64,000 bases of DNA from Antedon mediterranea (taxonomy: Eukaryota; Animalia; Echinodermata): the NCBI RefSeq assembly GCF_964355755.1, contig NC_092679.1, positions 7,532,201-7,596,200 on the forward strand, written 5' to 3'. The translations under genes and the position numbers were made by a program. Below, one piece after another: positions 49,001 to 62,101 of the stretch. Below the pieces are notes generated by a model. It did no database searches. It saw only the letters and a program-made list of their open reading frames with translations, and had not been told where the DNA came from. Numbering within the stretch: position 1 is the first letter of the stretch; each line of letters begins with the position of its first letter.

Positions 49001-52000
49001 AGTAGTGATAAGTACTCTACATTAAGTACTCAATATTAAGTAGACATACTTAATCCATGTAAAAGAAATCGACCTGCGACCTCTGGTGCGATAAATGCAT
49101 GTTGAAAAGCTTCTGACACTGTCATCCTCTCATCTGTAGAAATAGAAAAATATTTGAATATATAATAATTAAACATACTACACCATTAAAAACATTAGTG
49201 AATTTAGAATTAAACATCATTTAGCAAAGTGTGGATAGGGACCAAAATAAGGTAGGATATAGTGTCATAGGATAATTCAGTAACACAGCGTAATTACATC
49301 TGATGCCTGTATCATGCAAGGTTAGATTACAGGTTAGTTCTGGTCTATGATAGTCTAGGCAATACATGTGAAACATGTGTAATGCTGTATTGTGTTAAGG
49401 TTAGATTACGGGTTAGTTCTGCTACATGATACTAGCCAATACGTGTGAAATCAAGATACAGTACCAAGAAGGTGCTCATACAAAACTGATTTTTTACCAA
49501 TGTGCCATGTCCCTCTACAAATGTTTAGTAAATTACCTGGATTATATTTCAGCATTCCATAGAGAAATGTAACAAAAGCAAAATCTGGGGAACCATTTAA
49601 ACGATGTTTGATCTTGTTCACAGTTACTAGAAGAAAAAAAACCGCAAGTAAATTAAGAAAATGACGAAAACTAACTGTACAAATTGCAATAATACTAATG
49701 ATATTCTTGCACATAATGTACTTATAGCTACTTTGACATTTAGTTCTTGCTTTGTATAATTGTTTTTTGAGGGATGTCATCCTATACAGCAGCTTGGAGG
49801 GTTTTCTAAGAATGTAATGTACATCAACAATGGATTTATTTATCTAAAAATATATTAGGGGTTGACCATCCAACCTGACCAACATTTTTGGATCCCTTTT
49901 TGATTTGATTTTAATTCCCTATTATTTTACAATTAGGCTCTGTCTAAACTATGAAACTTTCTGTGACAAAAAAATACCATACTTGGGCACGTCACACTTT
50001 TTTTGTAAAACTGAAGTGATAGTGTAGACAGAGCTTTATAAAATACCATGTGGTGGTTGCTTTTCTCCAATGTAGCCTATAAAATCATTGTGGAATTTGC
50101 CCCTGTTGAACGGAGAAGCTGGTAGTGGACCAAGCAGCCCTATCATTCTGGTCAGCAAGAAATCACTACTCTTGGCTGGAAACAACGGTTCTCCAATATA
50201 CAACTAAAATTATTACAAATATTGGTAAATACAGGTTATACAATTTCACATAGGAGGGGTGGGGGCATAAGTATAAAAATAGTATATGATGAATAACACT
50301 AACAAATACCAATACAATTAATATTTGATAATTGTATTTAACTACTGTGGAGTAGATTTGCGTAAATGAGTTGAGTAATTGGTCAGATGTTTGCCCTACT
50401 CTGATGGGCTAGTGATCTGAAGGGTGCAGGTTGTGGATCAATCAAGTCTGAATCAATGTACTTACACAATTATGTGTCAGAGTAGGAAAACATCTGAACA
50501 ATACAATTCACAAATAAATAAATAGTTTATAAAATTGTTTATATTATGTTAGGTTTACTCTGAGCTACAGTGCAGTCAATATAAATATTTGTCAGGATTT
50601 TTTTTTAAATAACTGCTGTACCTTTTATTTTATCTGGGTCGATCGATATAGTCAGGATAAAATGTATAAATATTTATTTTGTATCGACTTTATTTTAATG
50701 ATTCTGTGAATACCCCCAATCTGAATACTAAATGAAGTACGTTTTAATCAAATTGTGGAAGATATTAAAAGGGAAATGGCATCGTCATTGTAGGTTCATA
50801 AGCTGTTAAGTTGTCTTCAAGGCCATATTAGGCATTAATATTTGTACTAAATAATGTTTGAATTATCCAATAGTTATAAAAAAGTATAAAAACTGTTATA
50901 TATATATGGGTAGCCCTCTGTTTATATTGGATGTTGTATTTGTGTTTGATTAAACAATCACTGGGGTAATAATGTGAGCTCTTTGATCGCAGTAAGATGA
51001 ATGACATATCATTTATTATTCTTTGTATGTTTATGTCAATGTTTATTTAAATAATGTAATAAAACATACATTATTTAATCATATACAATAGGATTTTACC
51101 TCTGCCAAGATACAGCCAACAGACCACATATCAATTTCTGGTCCAAATGGAAGGCCAAATACAACCTTAAAGAAACAAAACATTAAAAAAGTATGAATTG
51201 GTAATTGCATTAAATCATTAAAATATAGATATTACTATCATTATGTTAATATGTAAATTAAATTAGCATATCAAATGCATGTAAACTTTCTACACAGGAA
51301 GCAGGTGCAATGCATATGCAAATTAAGTAAACTCATTTGCATAGACACAGCATACACAGTAGATGAAAGAAATCAGTGAAGTGTGGATGTGTGTAAGCTG
51401 TAGTGGCTGCTGGTCTCAAGGGTTTGCTGTGGAATTAAAGTCAAGCTAAGTGACTACACTTAATTACACTCTCATTTTTGGAGGAAGGCACAGTATGCTT
51501 TTGACCAATATTGAGCCTTGGTGAATTGTTGGAGCTGTGCATAGTATTTTACTAGAATATTGTAATGCTGTTGCAGTGTTAGCTTCCATGTAAGTATATA
51601 CTTTTTAATGTAATAATTTATAATGTTTGTATTTGATTGTGTAGTAAGATAAGTCCATATTTATTTTTTTGTTGTTGCACATCTCTTGAGAATTGTGCCT
51701 CTGTTATAAAAGAGAAACAATAAAGTTATTATTATTATTATTATTATTATTAAGTAGTAAGCTGAACTTATTATTCTAGACAGAAAATAATATATACTTG
51801 TGTTTACACAGTGCATTTACTGTAGTAATTGCATTAAATCAACAATATTACATTACAATATTAATAGCTGGGTAACAAAGTGATATTATTGTAGTCAATC
51901 CCAAGTTATTTCAATTTATTCTATAAAAATAAGAATATGTACAAAGATGTCCTCAAAAAGTTATGGAAAAGGGAAATCAAAATAAGCAAAGCATTTGGGC

Positions 52001-55000
52001 CAAGACCCTTAAAATAAATAAATAAAATGTAGCTAATTTTTTATGTAGTTTTGTATGTAATCCATTTAGAATGTGATATATTAAGGGACAGGTTAGTGAC
52101 ATTTGTTCCTAATTTAATACAGTACATTTGATGGATTTACCTATGTACATAGGGCAAAGCCTGCCAAACTAAAATGAATCATACTCTGCCTTTAAGGAAT
52201 AATAAAGGCAAAATAATTTATAAATACACAGAATAAGAATAGGTTGAAAAGAAGATTCAGTTTCCCATTTGTTCGCCATTTGTCATCTGGGTAGAGGATT
52301 GAAAGTTTAGCAACATTGAATATATTAATTATAGTTTAATGCCTTCAAGTATCATAAAACTGTTTTTTTTTTGGTACACTATCAAAACAATTGTGAATGA
52401 TAGTTTTTTAATGACTGTCATGTACTCACATCATTCCAATTCAATCATTATTAATGTATCAATGTGAAAGTCATTAGTAGATAGTGTTCAAATTCAAAAG
52501 TGTCATAATTAATTTATTCACAAATTGGTGTCAACTTGTTAATGTAGTGACCTAAAAAGATCTCTTTCCTCCCTCTGTAGTATTGAAGGACAATTGTCCC
52601 CTCATAATGCACATGAATGATTTGCATACATAAAGGCTAAAGTTCAAAACATAAATCATGTTGTTGCCTCTAAGGAAATTTTGTTTCTTACGAACTAAAA
52701 TGTGTAGCAGTGCAATATGTAACTAATAAATACTAGCGTTATATTAGCAATGTATAAAGACAAAGCCCAACAGCTAAACATCTCATTTGAAGGTTACACT
52801 CCTTGACAAAAATAGGTTGTTGGTACAACAAGTCTACTCAAAGAAACGATTTATGCTAAATTTAGAAACTGAAGTTTGCTCTGAAAACATTAGGCGTTTG
52901 GAGTGTTACAAATGTGTCAAATTGAGAACTTTAACTTGTACATACTTATAACATATTGCAAAGCTGAGATTTTGTACAGAATTTTACAGGTCGTATCGTG
53001 TGAAATTGAGATTAAAAATTTATCAATAGCTTGTATAATTTTACTGCTTTGTATTCACATCCGTTGTTCAATTTTTATTAAACTTATAAAGTGATTACCC
53101 CCACAATTCATCTTAATTAATCCAAATTAATTAATGACTTAATTCTCACACTTATTGTTCAAACTTTTATCACGCTTTGATACTTTCAGTTTTTGATGAT
53201 TGGTTGATTTATTGATTGAATTATTATGTTAAAAGCCACCTGCATTTAATCTGTGGGTGACTACTGACTGTGTGTAAAGTTTAGGTCTCTAGTTTTGTAT
53301 CATGTAGTAGCAATTGTTTATTGTGCAATGCATACTTTCAACACATTTTTTTACGAAAGGGATAAAAAGATAAAAATTTACGATAACAATTTTGTATAAT
53401 GATGATTATGGCATTTAGTCATAATTGGCCATGATATTTGATCTCGCATTATAAAACTTGAAGGTCTCACCATAATTTATGAGGAGATGTGATGCTGTTA
53501 TATCATCCAAAAAGGGACGCTCTGGTAACCTTAAACTAAATGATGGAATAGGATTATATCACTACCCTTCTTGTTTATTACCAAAACATGACAATAGTGT
53601 GCACGATGCAGGACCAAACATAAGAATTACAATGCTTAGCACCTGAAAGATATTAACTTAGTATTACTCAGGTGCAAAAACGTATTTAAAACATTCTCAA
53701 TTGTACAATAAATTCTCAACATACGTCAGGGTTGCGGATAAGATTCATGATTGTGGGAATTTGATCATTGCGCTTTTTGTAAGATGATCTGGGCTGGTGT
53801 GTTGCAAGTGTACATGCTTAGATCTCAAGCGTGTACTAAAACAAAATGATGTGAATGATATAATCTTCCAGAATCATTAGACGCTTCTCAGGTGTGAATG
53901 CAACTGAAAGAACATTAATCTTGTTGGAAAAGTTGTAAGTTTAACACAATCTCTAACAAAGTATGAATGTAAGAATTATTGTACTTGATTATTGTACTTG
54001 TGTTGTGTTTTAAGCAGAACAAACAACAATAATATAAAATATTTAAAAATATATATATATATATAAATCCAAAGGCAAATTACTGAAAAAAATGACAATG
54101 CTGTGGGTATCAGTGGCTGGATCTCAATGGAGATACAAAAATAAAAAGCGAAAAGCTATTAATCAAAACGGTAAAGTAAACAGCCAGAAAAGTTAGCAGA
54201 GCTTTCGGGCAACACAAGCCCTTCATCAGTGCAAGTGAGGGAATTTTGATAAAGTCATAGCATTATGAGTTGGCAAGTACTGCCTGGGTGGACAGGAATA
54301 AAAGAAATATAACAATAGAAACAGCGTATTGAATAGTGGGTGGAGACTGAATAAGAGTAGAAAACAATGAAGGTAGCTTGGTAGAGATATAAATAATTTT
54401 TTTATATATATATAAAAAGATTATCTAACAAATTTTCCTGGATCAAGTTGCATGAAAATGTTTTATATGGTAGATTCTACTGCAGTCATTGCAGTCAAAC
54501 ATTCTTTTTATTCCAATTATTTAGCAGGATTTTGCAGGGGGGTTAATATACCTATTGTTTATTATTACTTCTGAAACAATTAAAATCATACATTGTTGCA
54601 GAAAAAATTGTAGTAACTACAGTAGAATTACTTTGATCCCTAAAAAGTAACAAAATTAGTAAAGTTATTAGAAATCAATGCATGTTTTCTCATTACAGCA
54701 TGAACTATTACAATCACAGAAAATGAATTTAGTTACTATTAATGATCCATGTATGTACAAACACAACAATGTAAATTGAATGAAATGAATGATTAATGAT
54801 GAGATATCATGATAAACATAAGACACATAGTCACCATCATTCCTTTTGGGAGAAGCAATGTAATAAGGGTAGGGAATCAAGGTCTTCTCAAGTAAGCTAC
54901 AGTATGTTCTTTACACTGAGCCCAGATTAAGACTATGGGTGCTCCCAAAGACTTGTAAGACTTTGTTTATATAGAGCATCTTGTGTATATATGTTTGTCT

Positions 55001-58000
55001 TGTGAACCTCTGAGGGTCCCTATAATGATCAGCAATTGCTGAATGGATCACCATCATTAAATATGGTTAAAACAAAACAAAATCACACTCACTGTATTTG
55101 TTTGTATATAGTTCTATTTATATACATTACACCCATTTTTCATGATTAGAATCGGGTCTCAGTGCGAACATAAAGTAGTCACAGTGGATATGTGAATAAG
55201 CCTGCTTTCACACCAAGCTTGAAACAAATTTCATACGCATCATAGTACGCATCTGTATTCATTAACATTAATCCATTTTTTTAAAAAAGAACTATAAATT
55301 TAAATGCATTGTACTTTTGTATTGGTCCATAGTACACGTCTAACCTTTGATCCCACATGTTCATTCATCACACACAAATTCCACGCTAAAATGACAACAC
55401 CATTAACTAAACGTATCACCTTAAACCTTTCCTTTGTTATTTTAGAGAGATGATCTTATTTTCAATATGAATTACGCATTTGGAATTTAATCAATTGCAC
55501 TGTATCACGCACATTTCAATGATACTCGCGGCCTTGCGTGTCTTGGATTTCAGAGAAAAATGCCCAGGGGCAATCACTTGAGAATCCTTAAGGGAATAAA
55601 ACAAGAACAAAGAGACGCACTTCTGTACTATGATAATTATTGCTATTATTAACTGAAAGTGGTCAGAGTTTATAATATTGATGTGATTGTATTCTGGAAA
55701 GTGGTTTAAGAGATCAAAGAGAACAGACCTGTATTAATGATAATAATATTAATAATATATATAAATAATTTGAGTGCCCTCTTTATTTTGTATGCAAAGT
55801 ATACAAATTAGGAAACATGTGGGAGAAGGCTAGCAAGGAACTTAAGCGCATCTTCTTATAATATAAGTCTCTAATGCAATGGGAATCTATTTACAAGTTT
55901 ATCTTATTCAAATTGTTTGTTTCTCATACCTTGAGGACTAGCTTCAAATTCAGCGCTATTTCAATTTGGTTTTCTTCTTTATTTTACAATTTATTTTTAT
56001 TGGAAGCATTTTTGTTGTTGCATTGAGTGTAAAAATTGTCTTGTTACAATTTATGAAAATTAAAACAATATTTAAAAATAATTTGAATATTAGAATAATA
56101 TATTTCTCTTATATTATTGTCAGCAGCTATATGCTACCATCATTTTTTTTAAAATAAAAGATGTTACAGCATCGCAGATTTTGCCCCGCCCATAATGATT
56201 ACAATTTCCAGGTATTGAGCACCTTTGCTAGTTACATAAGACCGCATATAAATGAAGTACCCTGGGAAACGAAAGTTAAGAAGCTTGCCCCTTGGGAATT
56301 ACAACTCAAAATACTACATCTATTTTCAAAGCCCTGGGAGTTCATAGTTGAAAAATGCTGGCCTGTACAACCAGGTCAGCCCCTTGGATAATGAGCAAAC
56401 ACCTGAAAGCATGAGGTCATAAGTGTAATAGAACAAAATTCTGAAATTACAGACAGTAATCACTACGAATGCTAAATCATTTGAGGAAAAAAATATTAAA
56501 AATGAAATAAATGACATTTTAAAGCAGAACACTTAAGTAGGAAATGGAATTGTATTTGTCGATTATAATTATTAGAATTTCTCATTGACAGAATAATATT
56601 ATGCATTTATCTATTCAACATTTATTTTCACTAAAATTTTCATAAACTAATAAAATAATTACGCTTTGCTAATGTAATTTTCTTAATCGTGTTATTCAAG
56701 ATTGATTAAATAATAGTTGTAAATTTGTTTGGTCTTTGGCTTAAATTCTGCCTTGAATTCTGGCTTGACTTGAGTAAATTTACGGGTCTTCAGTTAAACC
56801 TATTAACAGCTTTCTTACAAGAGTGCCAAGTTCCTTACACACAAACCTGTAACCAGGATTTTTACAAGGGGAGGTTTAACAAAAGGGGTAAACTTCAGTT
56901 CAGCTAGTTAGGTCATTTTATCATCAGATATTTTTCAATCTAGTTTTTTTATTTTTGTAAGGATGGTAGGAAAAACATTTTTGCCTACTTATCATACGAT
57001 TGGAAGAAAATATGTTTCAAACTATTCATACGAATCTTGCTTGATTGTGAAAATAGATTGTGTGTGCGTGAAAATGATATAAAATACTACTTTCAATGCT
57101 CTAAATTTCTATAAAATGTTTCAATATATGAATAAGAGTTCAAATTTACTAGTTTTATGCAGGCTATTCAGGCCTAATAATGCGTGATATGCCACAGTAA
57201 TATACTAATAATTATGAGAATTCATGATATGGATTTGCAATATAAACCGATACAAATATACCTCATGAGACTCGCTCGCTGTATGCAAGCATTGGTCATT
57301 CATGAACCATTATTCAGATTCATATCAATAGAGTAAGATCACATGATTTTACTAAGCAACGTTTGCATATAGGGGCATTCCACAGTATTTTTTTGTTAGA
57401 AATTGAACGAAATACATGACAAAATGCAGAGAATGTTATTTGTATATGGCTTATATTGAAGATACAAATAACTTTTAAAATTTTAATAAGCTTTTGTGAT
57501 GTCATCAAATGACCAATATATTCATTTTGCTGAAATTTAGAATGTTGAACTTGAAAATGTCCCTGTATGTTTATCACATCAAACAACAATAAAATTAGTG
57601 TAGCATTTATTTAAAAATTGTATGTATATTTCTGTATACTGTATCACTGTGCAGCTAATTATCTCATACTTCACAAGGGGATACAAATTGTTCCTTCGTT
57701 ACACTAGTATGTTCAATTGAAGATCTTCAATTTTAGATTTAAAATCAATAATTTGTTTTTGTAAATATTTCTTATGCATCATTACATCACACTTATTTTT
57801 AGTTAAAGTTTAAGTAAGACAATGTTGCAATGCACTACAAAATTCAAGTTACTGCATTAATTGTGATATACTTTGTCTATATTTCTATTTGATTTACCTT
57901 CATTAAAAGTACTTATTTTTACACGATGGCATACAGATTGGATGATTAATAATATCCTTAATACATACGCAACATTACACAAGGAGCTTAAAAGTATCAT

Positions 58001-60452
58001 ACAAATATTGAATTATGCTATTCAATATGAATTTTAGATTATTGATATATAATTTTAAATTTCAGTTCAAAATTCAAAATTTTATACATTTCAGATTTCA
58101 GATTATATCAAATAACACTTGTTTTAATTACTAATCTTTGTATGCATCATTATGCAAGGAAAGAGTTGTGTAAAAGAAGTACCCGATTAGTAGCCTATGC
58201 ATTTTCAAAGAATATCTACATTGTAAGTTTATGAAAATTAAGTCAGCTTTTAATCCGTTTGTAATGTTCATGAGAATTGTGTTAATACCACTAGAGCCAG
58301 TACGGAACTGAATAATGTAAATCTTTGTATTAGTAAACCAATAATTCCCCAATATAGAGTAATTCAAAATGTGTTTCATAAATGCTTAAATATATTTGCT
58401 GCAAAACCGCAGTGAATTTTTGCTTTTGTCAAAACATGACTTTTTAACGAGGATAATTTAGACTTTTACATGACAAATGTTGTAATAAATAGTTGCTAAT
58501 GAGAAAGTTCAGCTATAATCTAAGAATTAATCATATGATGCTAATCACCAACGCCCTGAAATCTTAGTATAAAACGCGACATTAAAATAAATAATTATTT
58601 TATACAGAACATTCAGTAGATAGCAATTGGTATGAAGCAGGCGATCAATTGTGTTTTTTCCTGAAGGTAAAATGAGCTATTAATTCAATTAAGTGATCAT
58701 AAGACGTTAATTACAGCATTTTTTTGGAACGCCTACTTTTAATGTAGCTATTATGGCATCATGTAAACTACATTTTGAACAATTATTGGAAAGGAGTGAA
58801 AGTGCTAAGATATGCTTTGGATGGATGATGCAGACTTAGTCAAATTAATGGACTGCTTAATGATGTCACTAATGGATAAATAAAGAATTTATGTATGTTT
58901 GTATGGTCATTGATGATGTACTGTCAAGATATTTTGGAATAATTTTGGGATAGAGAGATTGAATAAATGATTGACTAGAATTGTTTGATATGAGATGAAT
59001 GATTGAGCAAAATGTTTTTACTTCAAAAGATTGGATCGATATTGTTTTTTGCATATATAGGCAGCAGACAAACAGAAGGTCAAGTCTAGACTTGAGCACA
59101 TTCAAACATAGATGCTTCTAAATGCAAAGATTAATACGGCTTTTTGTTGGATATATCCAGACCTCATGTGACTCTGCAATTAGTAGTAGGAGAGCAGGTG
59201 TCTTTCACAGTGAAAATATCTACAATGAAAACCACCTAATGCCAAATCTACTCTATAATAAGCACCAACTTAAAATAATCACTATCTATCAAGAAACCAT
59301 TTTAAAATAAGACTATCTATTAAGAAATCCTCTACAGTATAAGTAATATTTAAGTACCACCTTAAAATAAGCCCAGTTGTATAAAAATAAAAAAATATAA
59401 ATTATAGTACAAATTACAGTAAAAACACCATAAATAGAATATTTGTTAGAAAATGTTGTTGTACAAAGATTTGTCTATGTACTTAATGCTTACTTCTCAA
59501 TATAATCGACTTATGCTTATTATATAACTAATATAAATATTTGAATAGCTATTAAAAAAAATCAGTCTACAAAAATATCATGCTTGACCGATTATGTCAC
59601 GCTTGATTGAATAATTATGTCTAACCTCAGGTGCTCTGTACAGTATTGTTTGTAGTTGGAAGTCGTCGTAGTAAAGCGAAAGTTCATTAAAGATGCAATG
59701 AATGGCATTCCCAAAATCAACCACTTTGACTCCCTCAGAGATGTCGTCTGTGAATAAATAATTAAATCATGCACTATTTATCACTATGTCTTGTTTAATT
59801 GTCAACACTATCGATACTCATTAATATATGAGTAAAGATAATTATTAATGTATTATAAATATAGGTCAGATCTTTTGGGGTTTGTTTTAAAATATGTCAA
59901 TGGATCTCTTTTGATCAAGGCAAGTTTTAATTAGAATCACAGGTCAAGATTAAAGATATTTGATTGAGTTCTTTCAGACCAGTTCTTAATCAATAAAACT
60001 AGAAAGAAACATTTTGTTAATGATCTTTTAGTCATAATTAACATTCATTCTTAAATCCTAAAGTAATAATATTTCAGGAAAGAAAATCTTCATTTCAAAA
60101 ATACCTGCACAAACAAAATAAACATTGAAGACAGAAAAGTAATTGATAATGTTGAGCACATCAACTTACTTTGGAATACATAAGTACATAGTTAATACTC
60201 TGACCTATGTACCAGGTATTTTTGATTAAGTTTATCCTTATTATCTGGATATATTCCAGGGGGACCACTCAATCTTACTACAAAGATAATTGAATTTGTT
60301 AATGCTTCAATCAATGAATAATTTTCAATTTATTTACCTGAACAACACAGAATATTTTCAGGCTTTAAGTCTGCGTGGATCACGTTCGCTTGAGATAAAA
60401 AACCAAGGACTTGTAAAAGTTGAACTGCAATCTTACGAATCAACTTTAATTT
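46004..60452 (-). CDS. 5'-partial CMGC (HIPK/DYRK-related) protein kinase with long repetitive, Lys-rich C-terminal tail
   Basis: Exons 60452-60338 (IRKIAVQLL..VIHADLKPENIL), 59747-59626 (VKVVDFGNA...QTILYRAPE), 51165-51100 (GLPFGPEIDMWSVGCILAE), 50203-50047 (LYIGEPLFP..MIGLLG), 49626-49537 (GMLKYNP), 49133-49050 or 49074 (DERMTVSEAFQHAF), 48596-46240, and a probable last exon 46027-46004 (EDDILLL*). Phases are consistent. N-lobe exons were not found in the window. Confidence 0.85.
47260..48400 (-). repeat. 69-bp coding minisatellite (23 aa, ~16 units) in the kinase's large exon
   Basis: NRNDVAGRRVDTQHDTTEQERTV and NRNDVAGRKVDAQNATTQQERAA variants; one unit has a 3-bp deletion that keeps the frame. 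Confidence 0.9.
49936..50035. mobile_element. Harbinger-like MITE family A
   Basis: ggctctgtctaaactat / atagtgtagacagagct; TTA flanks. Confidence 0.75.
50378..50502. repeat. Inverted repeat (~25-bp arms), probable MITE remnant
   Basis: tcagatgtttgccctactctga ... tcagagtaggaaaacatctga. Confidence 0.55.
51640..51752 (+). mobile_element. 3' end of a retroposon with AATAAA and an (ATT)n tail
   Basis: aataaagttattattattattattattattatt at 51719-51752; the 5' limit is unknown. Confidence 0.4.
54066..54395 (-). mobile_element. Penelope-like pseudo-LTR remnant between (TA)n tracts
   Basis: Contains a minimal hammerhead motif preceded (on minus) by a pyrimidine-rich stretch; (TA)n on both sides; partial second copy at 27985-28084. 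Confidence 0.65.
54196..54232 (-). ncRNA. Minimal type I hammerhead ribozyme
   Basis: Minus strand gca-CUGAUGA-a-gggc-uuguguu-gccc-GAAA-gc-UC-ugc: intact core boxes, 4-bp stem II, palindromic AGCU in place of stem III, short stem I. Confidence 0.75.
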
Positions 60453-61598
60453 CTTTAAAAAAAAAAAATTAAATATTAAAAGTAAATGAAATGTTTGTAC
60501 ATACACACTCAATAGTAAACAATTCACAAAATGACAGAATGTGAAATAAACCCAAGCTTTTAAAACAAATTAAGTCCTGTAATGATGAGGCTTGGTATTG
60601 ATTGCTAACTTTTTAAGTTTATAAAATCCTCATGTAAAATTATTATTGGATTAAGTGAGCATGTTAAGTGTGTTGCCCATGAACCTAGTAATCAGTGTGG
60701 TCTTTCTAATTTTATAGCAGGCAATTGGTAATATTTGAATTTGTAAGACTTTTTATTCTTAAGTATGCCAAAGAATGAACTTAAGAATACACCCCAAGTA
60801 TAATCACCTTAAATTAATTGCATGGTACTTTAATAATCTATTAAATGATGTTTTATTAGTCTGTTTGATAGTGAAACACTTTATTAGTTAAATGATAGAT
60901 GAGTGCACTTTTCAAGTCCTATATCAGGAATGTTCATTTTATCCTATATTTAAAGAGTCAGCTTATTGCCAGATGTAAATAGTACAGTCGTATTGATGTG
61001 TAAATTTGTGATTGTTCCTAATTTTTAAAAGACTAAATGAACTAAAGGCAAGTAATCATATGTAGATATATGTTACAAACTATAAAGCTAATATATCAAT
61101 TTAAGTTCCTGTTCCTCAAATCAGTTTGAAGTCAATGTAAACTGTCCCTTTAAATCTATCATTATAATGAATGGGATAGTTAAGGTTTTAATTCAATGAA
61201 ATTTGAGATGTATTTTAGGTATCCATGCAAACAGGAAATGTCTTCCAGTAACAAATAACATAATTCTACATGATTTAGAGAATTAATCTCTGAAAGTTTA
61301 AAGGGACATTTTCGCTCAATAAATCTGTATTATAGATATTTTTCTAATACAGTCACATAGTATAGGTATGCATTATTAAGGAAATGGTGACTACCTCTTT
61401 TACACCGCCGAGTTTAGAACAAACATGTGTCGTGTCCGGATAAATTTCCATTTCACACCTAATTCATTAACCCGGGAATGACACAGGTTGCATGCATTTA
61501 CACTTTAAAATACCAACCCATGTAAATATTTTAGATTAATCTAAATACCGCCCTCTTTTTTTTTATGGCAATACAACAAAAAATTGAGTATACTTATA

Positions 61599-61996
61599 GG
61601 GCCTGTTTCTATTGAAAAATAAAAAAGAACGGTTTTTTGGAAACCGGTTTCGGCTGTTGTTTATAAATAAAGATCGCGTTGCAGCTCAATTTTTACTCCA
61701 ATAAAACCGGTTCCGTCCATGTGCGTTCGTTATGAATGACATCATTATATACACCACAATGCAGTTCGTTAGGCGGAAGCGTGATTGGATCGAGGTCATG
61801 TTTACTTTTTGTCGCGATCCCCAAGAAATAGCATCCATTTCATCATAGAAGGGGAATTATTACCTGAAACGTTATTGTGGTCCTTGGTTAAAGTTTTGTG
61901 GTTTTTTGTGGGGACTCATTTCTGCTGGCAAGAAAAAACGGTTCTTGAAAAGAACGGTATTCAAAACCGTATTCTCTGCTCTATAGAAACAGGCCC
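61599..61996. mobile_element. Harbinger-like MITE family B
   Basis: TIRs gggcctgtttctat / atagaaacaggccc; ATA and TTA flanks. Confidence 0.75.
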
Positions 61997-62101
61997 TTAG
62001 AATACTATTTCTTGAAATAAAAATGAACAACAAATAAACATACATTTTTAGTTATTAATTAAGCGAATAAACAAAATCAGTCTTATCTTTTGTATGTAAA
62101 T

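Noticed and set aside
57825-57842. miR-33-like sequence on the minus strand
   Set aside because: The seed region is missing and there is no precursor hairpin.
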